Below are positions 62,601 through 64,000 of a DNA stretch of 64,000 bases, in pieces. The translations under genes were made by a program, and so were the position numbers. This DNA is from Monosiga brevicollis MX1 (taxonomy: Eukaryota). Where the stretch lies: assembly GCF_000002865.3 (NCBI RefSeq), contig NW_001865080.1, positions 61,716 to 125,715 on the forward strand. The letters are read 5' to 3'. Numbering within the stretch: position 1 is the stretch's first letter; each line of letters begins with the position of its first letter. The notes below the pieces were generated by a model. The model had not been told where the DNA came from, made no database searches, and saw only the letters and a list, made by a program, of their open reading frames with translations.

Positions 62601-63341
62601 GACATGATGTATTGAGTCATGATGCGTTGAGCCATGCTGCCATGAGCCATGATGGTTCCAGCATACACGCATCATGCTCCAAAGAGGCATAGATTGGGTA
62701 AGGAGCGCGATACTCACGCCGGTCATTGTGGCTTTCCCGCTCTCAGGCACGAGGATTTGGGACGTTTCTGTGGATGGCACCGGGTAAGTTTCCTTGTCAT
62801 TTGTGTATTCGCATGGCGTGTGCAGACTGTTTTTGAATGATGTTGTAAACGCTTGCCGCGCAGAATGTATGCAAAACAAGGAGCCACCTAGTTTTCCAGC
62901 GGATGTGTACAGGTGCGGGTGCAACACCGGAGTCCATCATCTATTCCTTCGTTGATACGCGGTGGCATGCACTCATCGATCCTGTCTGGCGGGGTTGATA
63001 GCTTTGCCATGATTTTGTATGAGCTTTTTGGTCGCAGGCGACCATTTGCGGGCATGGAGTTGCCGGCTGTCATTGTGACGGTGGCCTTGCGCCACGAGCG
63101 CCCTGAGCTTGATGGTATCCATCCGTGGATTGCTGAAGTGATTAGTGAATGCTGGCAGCCACAGGCCTCAGAGCGCTGGACGTTTGGGCGTGTGAGCAAG
63201 CATCTGCGAGCCATGGCGTTTTCCGATGAGGACAACGCGTCTTTGTATCCTCCGTTTATGGGCATGGGGGCTGGGGGCCAGGAAATCCCGACGGTCGAGA
63301 GCGCGGCGTCTACTTTGATCCCCGAGGAAGCCACTGCATAG
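59687..63341 (+). CDS. Ankyrin-repeat TKL-group protein kinase (non-RD); multi-exon, start uncertain
   Basis: Ankyrin motifs TPLQYAAS and ALHLAARWSRVATIDMLLKYGAN. Kinase motifs IGRGSFGAVYRATWQGHDVAVK, LRHPNIVQLFG, IHYDLKSPNVLL, KICDFG, GTFLWMAP|E, ADVY|SFAMILYEL and CWQPQASERWTF. Confidence 0.88.
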
Positions 63342-64000
63342 TCAGCTCTGAGCCTGCCACATACTGGGCAGGTTGGCTGCTGTTGGGGAGGAATGGCGCT
63401 GAGCGTCTATTCAATGGCCATATTTTATCAACCGCGCTTGTTCACTGGTAGAAGAAGCAGTCCACTTTTATAGTTTTGTTATTTGGATGTATTTGGTGTC
63501 TTTGTATGTTTAGGTGTGCATCCCCTTTTTTGGCCCCACCCATCCTTGTTAGCTTGGGCGGCTGGACCAAAGGCACACGGGCGAAGAAAGAGGTGCGAGC
63601 ATGTGGCATATGAGATGAGGTGTTGCTGAGGTCCAGGTGATATGAATCGAAATTGTGAAATTGAAAAGCGTTGCACTGCTCCAGTGAGGCAAAGCGAGCC
63701 GACGAGACCGAGCCAAACGGCAGGCAAGGCAAAAGTGGCCTTTGGGAAGGGGTATGAAAACTACGAACAACGCGAGGCTAGAATGATTCGGTTACACAAG
63801 CAGGACAGCTTCGGATGCAGAGGGACGATCGCGCGGGTCGGCCTTTAAAAGTTGTTCTGTCAGTTTGTGGCAGTCGGTGGTCGTTGACGGGCGCAAACAT
63901 GTCATGAGCGAAAAGCAAATGGGAGAAAAACAGGAAATGTGCTGGACAATGTCCGAAAAGGAGAGAGAGAGAGAGAGAGGGAGGGAGGGGGTGCTGAGAG

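Overview
Gene-dense, intron-rich eukaryotic DNA: moderately GC-rich, with short GT-AG introns and abundant (GA/CT)n and (CA)n microsatellites. Gene content (GIPC, tensin/PTEN-SH2, an RA-PH adaptor, SBF/MTMR5-13, HYR repeats, many tyrosine motifs) suggests a unicellular holozoan, most likely a choanoflagellate such as Monosiga; this is inference. About 19 protein-coding genes can be reconstructed by hand. In order: X-family DNA polymerase, GIPC, BTB protein, degenerate adenylate kinase, intronless GNAT, C2H2 factor with an MQN repeat, coactosin-like ADF-H protein, HYR/TSP1 secreted protein, VIP36-like lectin, RA-PH-SAM tyrosine-rich adaptor, orphan ORF, myosin essential light chain, tensin-like phosphatase, 51-aa ATP-synthase-like microprotein, UQCRQ, BTF3, SBF-like DENN/myotubularin, Cys-type SelO and an ankyrin TKL kinase. 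Five observations stand out: (1) a tensin-like protein with an EEA1-type C2H2 finger, a C1 domain, an intact PTEN active site and an SH2 but no PTB; (2) an RA-PH-SAM scaffold with arrays of YxN and EEY motifs; (3) a coactosin with a FAM21-type LFa motif; (4) a Pol X with a CCHC knuckle, a long acidic Loop1 and a YFAGS motif; (5) a head-to-head pair of tiny OXPHOS genes that the ORF track does not assemble. No rRNA, tRNA, CRISPR array or intact mobile element was seen. Exon boundaries are manual and some are approximate.
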